Source of the DNA: a virus
Taxonomy: Duplodnaviria; Caudoviricetes
DNA: 34,502 nucleotides
Strand: one strand, 5' to 3'
Virus record (IMG/VR): IMGVR_UViG_3300006193_000026
Location: 1 to 34,502 of that record
Part shown: in pieces, positions 7,960 to 17,587 of the stretch
Layout of the letters: every line of letters begins with the position of its first letter
How positions within the stretch are numbered: the first letter of the stretch is position 1
Made by a program: the position numbers and the translations under genes
The notes under the pieces: model-generated
The model's input: the letters and a program-made list of their open reading frames with translations, nothing else
Databases searched by the model: none
Told to the model about the DNA's origin: nothing

Positions 7960-8358
7960 TTTGTAACTAAACAATCAATATAATATAATAAAGTTAATCA
8001 ATGGTAGCCGTAATCAAATGGCACTAAACCATTGGTGTTTAAGGCTTATATAAATTTTTGTGGTCCGATAACAATTCATTCGGTCCGAGCTTTTTCAATT
8101 TTAAAGCCCAAAGCCCAGTAAAAACTATATTTACCAAGGTAGGCGTGGCTGTACGACTGTAGCGTTTTCAATTGCTATAGAATTGTCTGGACTGATTGAG
8201 CTTGCGGGGCGTATGGGCGGCTGGGCTAGGGGGCTAGATCCCCTTTTTGGCCTAGACTAGGGTGGCCAATCGCACTTTGACGAACACCAATTTCTTTTGA
8301 TCTTGGATCGGCCAAATCAAAAATTATTTTATTAATCCCGAGCCAAATGTTTTGGTTC
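7955..8358 (+). other. Structured, locally GC-rich non-coding region between terL and portal (ncRNA or genome-end/packaging site)
   Basis: No ORF of 60 aa or more; several hairpins; 44/70 GC at 8201-8270; short direct repeats. Confidence 0.55.
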
Positions 8359-8387
8359 ATCTTAATGTTTAAGGAAAAAAACACATA

Positions 8388-9989
8388 ATGTCAATTACAT
8401 ATAAAAACAGCTCGATAGTTAAATCATCGACAGCTGCAAGAGGACCTGGGTATCCTAATGATGAATACCTAAGTCAAGTAAATGAATGGAAACGAAACAG
8501 AGCAGTTATTCAAGGTCCAAGTTATACAAAAGACTTTGATACTGTACCTTCAAGCGATAATTTATTATTACCGTTTAACCCAACAATGACTCAAGCTCAA
8601 TATGATTTTTATAAAGCTGAAGCTGAGGTACCTGGTGTATCTAGTGAATTTTGTAAAATGATAATTGGTGGTTTATTAAGAAAACAACCAATGCTAGAGC
8701 TCAAAGGGGCTCCGGAGGGAGCTAAACAATGGATATTAGAAGATATTGGTTCAGATAAATCAAATTTAATATCATTTTTGTCTGCTGCTTTGTGGGAAGA
8801 GTTACAAACAAGCCGTGCATTTATTCAAATAGACTTTCCAATTGTTGATTTAGAAAATTTATCACCTGAAGAAAGAAAAGAAGTTAAACCATACCCAATA
8901 TTACACACAGCTGAAAATATTGTTAATTGGTCTACTTCAGTAAACTATAAAGGTCAAGTAAAGTTAGATCAAATAATTACTAGATACTTTACAACTCAAT
9001 ATGATCAAAATAGTCCATATCATCCTAAATATTTAGATACTGTACAAGTACATAGATTAGATGAAGATGGTTTATATGTTATTGACACATTTTATAGAGC
9101 AACCTCTGATACGCCTTCATTTATTGATGGTGGAGTTGATTATGCATTTGATCAATTATCAGATGATTGGGTTTTATCATCAACAAATAGCAATTTATTT
9201 AAAAACGGTGAAAGATTAAATATAATTCCTTTTTACCCTTTAAATGGTTCAATTGATACAGTTGATCCTTTAATGACTGTTATTGTTAATAGAGAAATTG
9301 CTTTATATAATAAAATTTCAAGAAGAAACCACTTATTATATTTAAGTGCAACTTATACACCTGTTGTTAAATCTGATTCATTAACAGAATCCGAAAAATC
9401 TGAACTTGTTAAACAAGGATTAGGTACTTGGTTATTTGTTAATAAAGATGACACTGTTGAAACACTTCAAACACCTACTAATGCTTTAAAAGATATGGAA
9501 GCTGCTATATTAGGTGGTTATGATGAATTAACAAGAATAGGTGTTAAAATGTTAAGCCTAGAGCCCAGTAATTCCGATTCATCTGGCGTTGCTTTAAGTT
9601 TAAGAAATGCTTCACAAAATGCTGCTTTGGCAAGTTTAAATGCTAAAATATCAGAAAGCATGAAAAAAATAATTAAAGAAATGATTAATTGGAGATATGA
9701 CACTAATATCGGCGAACAAGATATAAGATTTAATCTATCATCTGACTTTAATGCTACACCAAGAGGTAGCGATTGGATGAGATTAATTACTGAATGGTAT
9801 CAAAATGGATTAATTCCAAGATCAACATTCTTAGAAGTTGCTAAAAATAATGATGCAATTCCTACGGATTATGATGATATTAAAGGTAATGATGAAATAT
9901 CTAACGATGATAAAATTGTTTCTCCAAGAGAACAATATCAACAAGAACTAAATGTTATTCAAACCGGTACTGATACTGTACCTGAATAA
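8388..9989 (+). CDS. Portal protein (DUF4055-like)
   Basis: 533 aa following TerL; YDFYKAEAE, ENIVNW, IPFYP and SGVAL motifs typical of this portal family. Confidence 0.9.
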   Translation: MSITYKNSSIVKSSTAARGPGYPNDEYLSQVNEWKRNRAVIQGPSYTKDFDTVPSSDNLLLPFNPTMTQAQYDFYKAEAEVPGVSSEFCKMIIGGLLRKQPMLELKGAPEGAKQWILEDIGSDKSNLISFLSAALWEELQTSRAFIQIDFPIVDLENLSPEERKEVKPYPILHTAENIVNWSTSVNYKGQVKLDQIITRYFTTQYDQNSPYHPKYLDTVQVHRLDEDGLYVIDTFYRATSDTPSFIDGGVDYAFDQLSDDWVLSSTNSNLFKNGERLNIIPFYPLNGSIDTVDPLMTVIVNREIALYNKISRRNHLLYLSATYTPVVKSDSLTESEKSELVKQGLGTWLFVNKDDTVETLQTPTNALKDMEAAILGGYDELTRIGVKMLSLEPSNSDSSGVALSLRNASQNAALASLNAKISESMKKIIKEMINWRYDTNIGEQDIRFNLSSDFNATPRGSDWMRLITEWYQNGLIPRSTFLEVAKNNDAIPTDYDDIKGNDEISNDDKIVSPREQYQQELNVIQTGTDTVPE

Positions 9990-10004
9990 TATAATAATTA
10001 AAAT

Positions 10005-10036
10005 GTCCCTTTGTTTAAAAAGCAAGGGGACTTTAT
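10005..10036 (+). terminator. Intrinsic terminator-like hairpin after portal
   Basis: GTCCCTTTGTTT-AAA-AAGCAAGGGGAC followed by TTTAT. Confidence 0.7.
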
Positions 10037-10056
10037 AAAGGACTTATGGAATTATA

Positions 10057-10251
10057 ATGATTAATAACGAAACAATAGTTACTGCAAGTTTATTTGGTAT
10101 ATCTGCAGGCATAACTACATCATCCATGTTTGCTATATTAATTGGAGCGGTAACCGTCGGGGTTGTTCAACCATTTTTTAGAGTATTATGGACTAAAAAA
10201 CTAAATGAAGTTAAAAAATGTCCAAAATGTAGTAAAAAGAAAAAGAAATGA
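10057..10251 (+). CDS. Small membrane protein, holin candidate
   Basis: Two hydrophobic segments and a very basic C-tail containing CPKC. Confidence 0.5.
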   Translation: MINNETIVTASLFGISAGITTSSMFAILIGAVTVGVVQPFFRVLWTKKLNEVKKCPKCSKKKKK

Positions 10252-10571
10252 ATATAGCAGAATTATTTAAAAAGAATTTTGTCTTAATACCGGTTATAGC
10301 TTCTGTATTATTTGGAACATTTACTGGTGTTAAATATATTATTAACTTAACTGATACTATTAATGGAAATAAAACAGCCATTACAAAAATATTAGCTGTT
10401 GAAGTAGTAGATCTTAGAAGAGATTTAAAAATTGAACAAGATAAAACAGCAGACTTAAAAATAAGACTATCATCTGCTGAGGCTACATGGCAAATGGCAG
10501 AAAATTTATATAGAACTTTAGCTGATCAAGTTAGAGAGCATAGTTATGATATTAAGGATTTAAATAGGTAA
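10248..10571 (+). CDS. TM plus coiled-coil protein (possible lysis accessory)
   Basis: N-terminal TM (FVLIPVIASVLFGTFTGV) then a heptad-rich region; ATGA overlap with the previous gene. Confidence 0.65.
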   Translation: MNIAELFKKNFVLIPVIASVLFGTFTGVKYIINLTDTINGNKTAITKILAVEVVDLRRDLKIEQDKTADLKIRLSSAEATWQMAENLYRTLADQVREHSYDIKDLNR

Positions 10572-10575
10572 CTAT

Positions 10576-11166
10576 ATGGAGATTTTTAATATGAATTACA
10601 AATTTACTACAATATTAATTACAATGATGGTTTTATTGGCTTTATTTGGTGGACCTGCACATAGTAGAAATGACTATTTAAATAATTATGGTAACAACTG
10701 TAGTTATGGAAGTATTGATTTATCTATTTCTGCAAATGAAACCGATCAAAGATATCGTATTCCAAGCAATAGTGATTATGATAATAATAGGCAAGAATTA
10801 AGATTATCATTTAGAAAAAATTTAGGTATAGCTAAAAAACAATGTGATGAGCAAAATAGAATAATAACTCACAATATGAAATTAATGCAACAACTTGAAT
10901 TAAACAAAAATTGCCCAAGAGTTAATAGAGATACAACACTTCAATATAATTCTAATTTTAAAGAATTAGTAGCTTATTGTAAAAATATTATAGGGGTTAA
11001 AGACAATAAACCTGATGATAATGGAAGTTACTGGGATACTATTAAAGACGATTATAAAAAAGAAAATCCAGATGTTAAAATAATGGGAGATAAGATTATA
11101 ACTAATAAAAAGAAATTAGTAATACCAAAATATTTAACAGATGAGTTACCAATACCAACAAATTAA
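10576..11166 (+). CDS. Secreted/periplasmic hypothetical protein
   Basis: Signal-peptide-like N-terminus ending PAHS; four Cys. Confidence 0.7.
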   Translation: MEIFNMNYKFTTILITMMVLLALFGGPAHSRNDYLNNYGNNCSYGSIDLSISANETDQRYRIPSNSDYDNNRQELRLSFRKNLGIAKKQCDEQNRIITHNMKLMQQLELNKNCPRVNRDTTLQYNSNFKELVAYCKNIIGVKDNKPDDNGSYWDTIKDDYKKENPDVKIMGDKIITNKKKLVIPKYLTDELPIPTN

Positions 11167-11291
11167 CAATAAAGAATAAAAAAATTTTAAAATGAAATAT
11201 ATATTATATTCAAGTTTAGGAATATATTTGATATCAATAACAATACTTACTTTAAACACACTAATTTAAAAAACAACAAGGTATATAAATA

Positions 11292-13046
11292 ATGATAATA
11301 GAAGATAGAGATAATTTACTGACAGATTTCGGTAAAACTACACTAAAGGATAGGTATTTGTTACCTGAAGAAAACAGTCCACAAGAAGCATTTTTAAGAG
11401 CGGCTAAAGCCTTTTCTGACAATGATGAAATGGCAAAAAGAATTTACGATTATTCATCTAAATTATGGTTTATGTATTCAACGCCGATATTAAGTAATGG
11501 TGGAACAGAGCGAGGTATGCCTATATCATGCTTTTTAAATTATGTAGGTGATAGCCGAGAAGGCTTAACTGATCATTATACTGAAAATGCTTGGTTAACA
11601 TCTATTGGTGGCGGCATTGGCGGCTACTGGGGAGATATAAGAAGTGATGGAACTAAAACATCAGGTGGTTCTCAATCATCTGGAACTATTCCATTTTTAA
11701 AAGTAGTAGATGCAGAAATTATGGCATTTAGTCAAGGTAAAACTAGAAGAGGTAGTTATGCCGCATATATGAATGTATCACACCCTGAAATATTAGAATT
11801 TTTAGATATAAGAAAACCATCAGGTGGAGATATACATAGAAAATGTTTAAATTTACATCATGGAATAAATATTACTAATGATTTTATGGAACTTATAGAA
11901 AAATGTATAGCTGAACCTACTTATGATGATACTTGGAATTTAATAGATCCTCATACTATGGAAACAGTAAGAACTGTATCAGCTAGAGATTTGTGGCTTA
12001 AAATATTAGAAAATAGAGTAGCTACTGGTGAGCCATATATTTGTTTTATTGATCATATCAATGATGCATTACCCGAAACACAAAAGAAATTAGGTTTGTC
12101 TGTTAAACATTCAAATTTATGTACTGAAATTACTTTACCTACTGATGAAGATAGAACAGCAGTATGTTGTCTATCATCTGTTAATTTAGAAAAATATGAT
12201 GAATGGAAAAATGATAAATTATTTATATCTGATGTAGTTAGATTTTTAGATAATACATTACAAAGTTTTATAGATAATGCTCCTGAACATGTAGCTAGAG
12301 CTAAATATAGTGCAACTCAAGAAAGATCTATTGGATTGGGTGCTATGGGTTTTCATGCTTATTTACAAAAAAATAATATTGTATTTGAATCTGTTTTAGC
12401 AAAATCTAAAAACAAGCAAATGTTTAAACATATAAAAACAGAAGCTGTTAAAGAATCTCAAAGGTTAGCTATAAAAAGAGGTGAAGCTCCGGATATGGAA
12501 GGCACTGGAATGAGAAATGCTCATTTACTTGCTGTTGCTCCTAATGCTTCAAGTTCAATTATTTGTGGGACTACTTCTCCAAGTGTTGAACCTTTTAGAG
12601 CTAATGCTTATGTTCAAAAGACTATGTCAGGTTCTTTTCTTGTTAAAAATAAATTTTTAGAAAAATTATTAGAAACAAAAGGTATTAACAACGAAAAAAC
12701 ATGGACTTCAATCCTTGGTAATCGTGGTTCAGTATTACACATTAAGGAATTATCAACTTGGGAAAAAGATGTATTTAAAACTGCTATTGAAATTAACCAA
12801 AGTTGGGTTATTGAACATGCAGCTGATAGACAAGAATTTATTTGTCAAGGTCAATCATTAAATATATTTGTACCTGCTGATGTTAATATTAAAGAGTTAC
12901 ATGATACGCATATGTTAGCTTGGAAGAAAAAATTAAAAACTTTATATTACTGTAGAAGTGAAGCAATTAAACGTGCTGAACTAGTAAGTAAAAAAGTTGA
13001 AAGAACAATAATACCTGAAGCTGAATGTTTAGCTTGTGAAGGTTAA
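11292..13046 (+). CDS. nrdA: Class I ribonucleotide reductase alpha subunit, without ATP cone
   Basis: PISCFL, SNLCTEI, VCCLSS, APNASSS, TLYY and C-terminal CLACEG. Confidence 0.97.
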   Translation: MIIEDRDNLLTDFGKTTLKDRYLLPEENSPQEAFLRAAKAFSDNDEMAKRIYDYSSKLWFMYSTPILSNGGTERGMPISCFLNYVGDSREGLTDHYTENAWLTSIGGGIGGYWGDIRSDGTKTSGGSQSSGTIPFLKVVDAEIMAFSQGKTRRGSYAAYMNVSHPEILEFLDIRKPSGGDIHRKCLNLHHGINITNDFMELIEKCIAEPTYDDTWNLIDPHTMETVRTVSARDLWLKILENRVATGEPYICFIDHINDALPETQKKLGLSVKHSNLCTEITLPTDEDRTAVCCLSSVNLEKYDEWKNDKLFISDVVRFLDNTLQSFIDNAPEHVARAKYSATQERSIGLGAMGFHAYLQKNNIVFESVLAKSKNKQMFKHIKTEAVKESQRLAIKRGEAPDMEGTGMRNAHLLAVAPNASSSIICGTTSPSVEPFRANAYVQKTMSGSFLVKNKFLEKLLETKGINNEKTWTSILGNRGSVLHIKELSTWEKDVFKTAIEINQSWVIEHAADRQEFICQGQSLNIFVPADVNIKELHDTHMLAWKKKLKTLYYCRSEAIKRAELVSKKVERTIIPEAECLACEG

Positions 13047-13063
13047 TAGAAAGATTAAAAAAA

Positions 13064-14017
13064 ATGAGTTTATTTGATACTAGAAATCATTATAAGCCCT
13101 TCGATTATGGTTGGGCGTTTGAGGCATATGAAACAATGCAGAAGATGCATTGGCTTCCTAGTGAAGTACCATTGCATGAAGATGTAAGGGATTGGAATGA
13201 AAGATTAACTGAAGAAGAAAAAAATTTAATATCTCAAATATTAAAATTCTTTACTCAAGGTGATGTAGATATAGCACAAGCTTATTTGGATAGATATATT
13301 CCAAAGTTTAAATCTCCCGAAGTAAGAATGATGCTTGCATCTTTTGTTGCCTCTGAAGCTAATCATGTTCATAGTTATTCATTATTAAATGATACTATTG
13401 GTGAAACACAATTAACTAATTTTAAAGCATTTCAAGAATATAAAGAAATGTCTAATAAACATGCATACCTTTTTAAATCTAAGGGTAAAGGCACTCAAGG
13501 ATTAATAAGAGATATTGCTTGTTTTTCTGCATTTGGAGAAGGTTTACAATTATTTGCATCATTTGTAATGCTTTTAAACTTTCAAAGATTTGGAAAAATG
13601 AAAGGTATGTGTCAAATTGTTACTTGGTCTATTAGAGATGAAACACATCATGTTGAATCAATGATTAAATTATTTCATACATTAGTAAAAGAAAATCCTG
13701 AAGTATGGACAGAAGAATTTAAAGCTGAATTATATCAAACATGTAGAGATATGGTTGAATTAGAAGATAAATTTATTGACTTAGCTTTTGAAATGGGTGG
13801 TATCCGTGGATTAAACCCTGAAGAAGTTAAACAATATATAAGGTATATTGCTGATAAAAGATTATTACAATTATCTTTAAAACCAAATTATAAAATTAAA
13901 GAAAACCCGTTAAGTTGGCTTGATTGGGTTATTAATGGTGTTGAACATACTAATTTCTTTGAAAATAGAGCTACTGAATATAGTAAAGGTTCAATAACTG
14001 GTAATTTGTGGGGATAA
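13064..14017 (+). CDS. nrdB: Class I ribonucleotide reductase beta subunit
   Basis: Metal ligands FTQGD, EANHVHSY (with radical Tyr), GEG and RDETHH; C-terminal NFFENRATEY. Confidence 0.97.
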   Translation: MSLFDTRNHYKPFDYGWAFEAYETMQKMHWLPSEVPLHEDVRDWNERLTEEEKNLISQILKFFTQGDVDIAQAYLDRYIPKFKSPEVRMMLASFVASEANHVHSYSLLNDTIGETQLTNFKAFQEYKEMSNKHAYLFKSKGKGTQGLIRDIACFSAFGEGLQLFASFVMLLNFQRFGKMKGMCQIVTWSIRDETHHVESMIKLFHTLVKENPEVWTEEFKAELYQTCRDMVELEDKFIDLAFEMGGIRGLNPEEVKQYIRYIADKRLLQLSLKPNYKIKENPLSWLDWVINGVEHTNFFENRATEYSKGSITGNLWG

Positions 14018-14018
14018 A

Positions 14019-14237
14019 ATGAAATTTATTTTAACTATTTATATTTGCTCTGCTATTGCACAACAATGTGGAGAACCTATTGTAAAAAATACTGAATATA
14101 ATAGTTGGAATGATTGTATAAAAGATGGTTATAATCAGTCAATGTTATTACTAGATAATTTTACAATTGATGAAATGAATAAATTTCAAACAATGACAAA
14201 GTTTACGTGTACTAAATCAATTAACAAAGGAGCTTAA
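14019..14237 (+). CDS. Small Cys-containing hypothetical protein
   Basis: MKFILTIYICS...C...WNDC...FTC; four Cys. Confidence 0.7.
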   Translation: MKFILTIYICSAIAQQCGEPIVKNTEYNSWNDCIKDGYNQSMLLLDNFTIDEMNKFQTMTKFTCTKSINKGA

Positions 14238-14238
14238 A

Positions 14239-14370
14239 ATGGCTTATAAAAGAAAAACAAGTGTTAAAAAAGTTGTAAGTAAAGGTAAAGCTAAACTTAC
14301 TGCAAAACAAATGAAACTTCCAAAAGGTTTAAGAGATAAAATATTAGCTGCTAAAAGAAAAGGCAAATAA
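14239..14370 (+). CDS. Small highly basic protein (43 aa)
   Basis: Not in the ORF track. AAGGAG SD; MAYKRKTSVKKVVSKGKAKLTAKQMKLPKGLRDKILAAKRKGK, 17/43 K+R. Confidence 0.7.
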   Translation: MAYKRKTSVKKVVSKGKAKLTAKQMKLPKGLRDKILAAKRKGK

Positions 14371-14371
14371 T

Positions 14372-14449
14372 ATGGCTTATGCAAAAAAGAAGTCTTATAA
14401 AAAGAAAAAAGAAGACGAACCTAAGAAAAAACGAAAAAGAAAAAGATAA
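14372..14449 (+). CDS. Very small basic peptide (25 aa)
   Basis: Not in the ORF track. MAYAKKKSYKKKKEDEPKKKRKRKR, 15/25 K+R; fills the gap between its neighbours. Confidence 0.55.
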   Translation: MAYAKKKSYKKKKEDEPKKKRKRKR

Positions 14450-14453
14450 ATAT

Positions 14454-14681
14454 ATGATTATAAAAGATAAAGAAGTAGAAAATAAAGCTATTGTTATTAA
14501 TAATAAAAGTTATTATGAAAACGATTTAAATGATAATATGAGAAACAGTTTAATTGCCTTAAATACGCAAAGAAATAATAAAGTAAGATTACAAATTGAT
14601 GTTACTAATACTGATATTTTGATTGTACATCACTCTAAAATAATTGATGATGAACTTGCTAAAATCAAATCTATTGATTAA
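14454..14681 (+). CDS. Hypothetical protein (75 aa)
   Basis: ORF track start 14379 reassigned to ATG 14454, because the upstream part overlaps the basic peptide gene. Confidence 0.65.
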   Translation: MIIKDKEVENKAIVINNKSYYENDLNDNMRNSLIALNTQRNNKVRLQIDVTNTDILIVHHSKIIDDELAKIKSID

Positions 14682-14692
14682 AGGAATAATAA

Positions 14693-15715
14693 ATGTCTAT
14701 AAATGATGATGTATATTCAAGAATGCTGAAACACCGTGCATTACTTACTCTTTACGAAAAGAGATTGGATCGTGAAATTGAAAAAATTTTAACGTCACAC
14801 AAAATAAGGTTACAACGAATTGTAGCATTATCTGGTCAAACAAATATAAATAGTTTAACTAGAAAAGTAAATACTGAAATTCGTTTAACTTATAAAAAAA
14901 TATATAAAGATGGTATTAGTGAATTAAATAAATTATCTAGTGTTAGTGCTAGGTTTTATAAAAGTATATTTACTAGTTCATTAAATAATATTTATAAAGC
15001 TAAAGGTGTAAAAGATACTTTAAAAGTTAATGATTTAATTATTAAGTCAAATGGAACTTACAGTCAACAATTAGCATCTATAAGTATTTTAGAACAAAGA
15101 AAAATAAAAGGTATAGTCAAAGATGGAATGACTCAAAATAAAGCTATGATAAATATAGCTCAAGATGTAGGTAAAAGCGGAATATTAGCTTCTGCTGTAC
15201 AAGTAAAAACCTTAACTAGAACTGCAATAACTGAAACATCTAATTTTATATCAAATACAACATATAAATTAAATGATGATGTTGTTCAAGGTTACCAATA
15301 TGTGGCTACTTTGGATAGTAGAACTAGTTTAATTTGTGGAAGATTAGATGGTAAAGTTTATTCATTAAGTAATAAAAATGCACCACAACCACCACAACAT
15401 TTTAATTGTAGGTCAACAACTATACCTGTAATAAAAAGTACTAATCAATTATTAAATACAAATAATAATAGATTACAAAAACGAAAAATTACTGGATTAT
15501 CTGATAGCCGCCGTGCCTCTATCAATGGTCAAGTACCAGCTAAGACAACTTATCCAGAATGGTTAAAAACACAATCAAATGATGTTAAGTTGGCTATATT
15601 AGGAAATAGTAAAAGGGTTACATTGTTTAACTCAGGAAAAGTTAAATTTTCTCAATTTTCTAATAAAGATGGTAAATTAATTTCGTTAAAACAATTAGAA
15701 GAATTATCAAATTAA
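14693..15715 (+). CDS. Head morphogenesis / minor capsid protein (SPP1 gp7, Mu gpF family)
   Basis: YQYVATLDSRTSLIC...LDG...PPQHFNCRS signature. Confidence 0.92.
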   Translation: MSINDDVYSRMLKHRALLTLYEKRLDREIEKILTSHKIRLQRIVALSGQTNINSLTRKVNTEIRLTYKKIYKDGISELNKLSSVSARFYKSIFTSSLNNIYKAKGVKDTLKVNDLIIKSNGTYSQQLASISILEQRKIKGIVKDGMTQNKAMINIAQDVGKSGILASAVQVKTLTRTAITETSNFISNTTYKLNDDVVQGYQYVATLDSRTSLICGRLDGKVYSLSNKNAPQPPQHFNCRSTTIPVIKSTNQLLNTNNNRLQKRKITGLSDSRRASINGQVPAKTTYPEWLKTQSNDVKLAILGNSKRVTLFNSGKVKFSQFSNKDGKLISLKQLEELSN

Positions 15716-15766
15716 TCTTTTGTTTTAAATTAAAATATAACTAAGGCCGTGTCCAAAGGAAAAATA

Positions 15767-16423
15767 ATGTCAGAAAACATTGAAAATAATACTCAAGTAA
15801 AAGAAGAAACAGCAACTGAAACTAAACAACCAGATATAAAACAAATGGTTGATAATGAAGTTTCAAAAGCTATATCTAATATCAAATTAAATTTAGATAA
15901 TGCATACAAAGAACGAGATGAAGCTCTAGGTCAAATTGAAAAAATTAAAGTAGAGAAAAGACAAGCTGAAATTTCTAGCCTTGAACAACAAGGTAAACAT
16001 TCTGAAGCTATGCAAATAAAACTAAGTGAAATGAATACTAAACTTGAGGCATATGAACAAAAGAACACAGAATTGAGCAGAGATAATGCCGTGCGTACTC
16101 AGCTTAACTCTTTAAATTTTAAATCTGAAAAAGCCGCTAATATGGCCTATTCGGATATTGTAAAAAGTTTAAAGAAAGATGCTTTAGGAAATTGGGTGAA
16201 TGAAAACGGAACTAGTATTAACGAGACTGTGTCAAGTTATTCTAAGGACGATAATAATGAATTCTTATTTTCTATTAAAGCAAATGTTGGTTCTGGAATT
16301 ACTCCAGCCAAGTCAAATACAGGAAACACTCCTGTGTCGTCTATAAAAGATATGTCAACTGATGAAATGCTTAATGCTATTAGCAAAGGGCAAATTAAGG
16401 TTAACGGAGAATGGTCTAGTTAA
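15767..16423 (+). CDS. Capsid scaffolding protein (probable)
   Basis: Acidic, coiled-coil rich and directly upstream of the MCP; AAGGA SD before ATG 15767. Confidence 0.75.
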   Translation: MSENIENNTQVKEETATETKQPDIKQMVDNEVSKAISNIKLNLDNAYKERDEALGQIEKIKVEKRQAEISSLEQQGKHSEAMQIKLSEMNTKLEAYEQKNTELSRDNAVRTQLNSLNFKSEKAANMAYSDIVKSLKKDALGNWVNENGTSINETVSSYSKDDNNEFLFSIKANVGSGITPAKSNTGNTPVSSIKDMSTDEMLNAISKGQIKVNGEWSS

Positions 16424-16491
16424 ATAGATCAATCTTTTATACTAATAACCGCACAATTATGTGCTTTAAATAATAAAAGGAAAATAAATAA

Positions 16492-17556
16492 ATGACTGTA
16501 ATAAGTTCAAACTTTAATAACATTGCAAGAGCAATTTCTGCTTACGAACAAGCTGGAAGAGCTGATGCTGCGTTATTAACATCAACTGCTTTAATTGGTT
16601 CTGACGCAAGAATTAATGATTCAGGTGAAAATTACACTGGTACATTAAGATGGTTAGATTTTACTGATCCAACTACTTTTAATAAACAAAATGAAACAGC
16701 TAGTGATGTTGCTATTAATGAAATGGCAGTATCAAACAAATCAGCAGTATATATCAAAAATATTGATCATATCGCTGCACAAGAAATGTCTGTTCAAAAA
16801 TTAATCTCTAAAGTAGATGGTTTAGCATACTTAGGATCTCAATTTGCTTCAGTTAGAGCAAGAAGAGAAGATTTACAAGTAAGATCTATTCTTAATGGTA
16901 TTGCTGATAATATTTTTGGTGCAACTTCTATTGGGACTAATGATCCTGCTGCTGTTGTTGGAACTTTTGGTTTCTACACTGGTTCAAATGCTAGTGATGC
17001 TCCAAATCCACTATTTGTTAATTCTACTGGTGCTAGCCAATCAAGAAGTACTTTCTTTGATACGCTATTAGATGCTATCAGTGAAATTAAAGGTGAATTT
17101 GAAGAGCCTTTCTATTACTTAGTAGTAACTTCTGCAACTTACAACATTATGAGAAAAGAAAACGTTCTTGATGTTGCTCCAGTTGTAGACGGTAATTTCA
17201 ATTTCTCTACTATTTTAGGTGGAAAAATTAGACTTATTATTAACAACCAAAGTTTAACTGCTAACTTACCTGCTAATATTAAAGTTTCTTACTTAGCTAA
17301 AGCTGGCGCTATTCATTATAGTGATATTGCACAGGTTAATCCTACTGCAATTGAAAGAAATGAACTAGCTGGTAACGGTGGTGGATTAGTAACTGTTTTA
17401 TCTAGATGGGGTAATATTATGCATCCAAAAGGTTGGACATGGGCTGGAAGTGCAACTGCATATCCTTCTAATGCTGATCTTGCTGCTATTGCATCATGGA
17501 CTATTAGCGCTACTAACGTTAACCAAACTGGATTATTTCCAATTTTCCACGGTTAA
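16492..17556 (+). CDS. Major capsid protein
   Basis: 354 aa after the scaffold gene; C-terminal ERNELAGNGGG...IMHPKGWTW of the phage coat-protein type; strongly biased codon use. Confidence 0.88.
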   Translation: MTVISSNFNNIARAISAYEQAGRADAALLTSTALIGSDARINDSGENYTGTLRWLDFTDPTTFNKQNETASDVAINEMAVSNKSAVYIKNIDHIAAQEMSVQKLISKVDGLAYLGSQFASVRARREDLQVRSILNGIADNIFGATSIGTNDPAAVVGTFGFYTGSNASDAPNPLFVNSTGASQSRSTFFDTLLDAISEIKGEFEEPFYYLVVTSATYNIMRKENVLDVAPVVDGNFNFSTILGGKIRLIINNQSLTANLPANIKVSYLAKAGAIHYSDIAQVNPTAIERNELAGNGGGLVTVLSRWGNIMHPKGWTWAGSATAYPSNADLAAIASWTISATNVNQTGLFPIFHG

Positions 17557-17587
17557 TATTTATAACTATTAGATACGGAGAAAAATA

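Noticed and set aside
7960-8387. tRNA, group I intron or CRISPR array in the terL-portal gap
   Set aside because: No cloverleaf or T-loop, no recognisable intron core, both flanking genes look complete, and there are no regularly spaced repeats.
11192-11269. 25-aa hydrophobic ORF MKYILYSSLGIYLISITILTLNTLI
   Set aside because: No SD or coupling; such ORFs arise by chance in very AT-rich DNA. Not excluded.
14379-14453. N-terminal extension of ORF 14379..14681
   Set aside because: Better explained by the overlapping 25-aa basic ORF in another frame plus a start at 14454.
16451-16464. GCACA-ATTA-TGTGC hairpin upstream of the MCP gene
   Set aside because: A 5-bp stem is too short to support a functional call.
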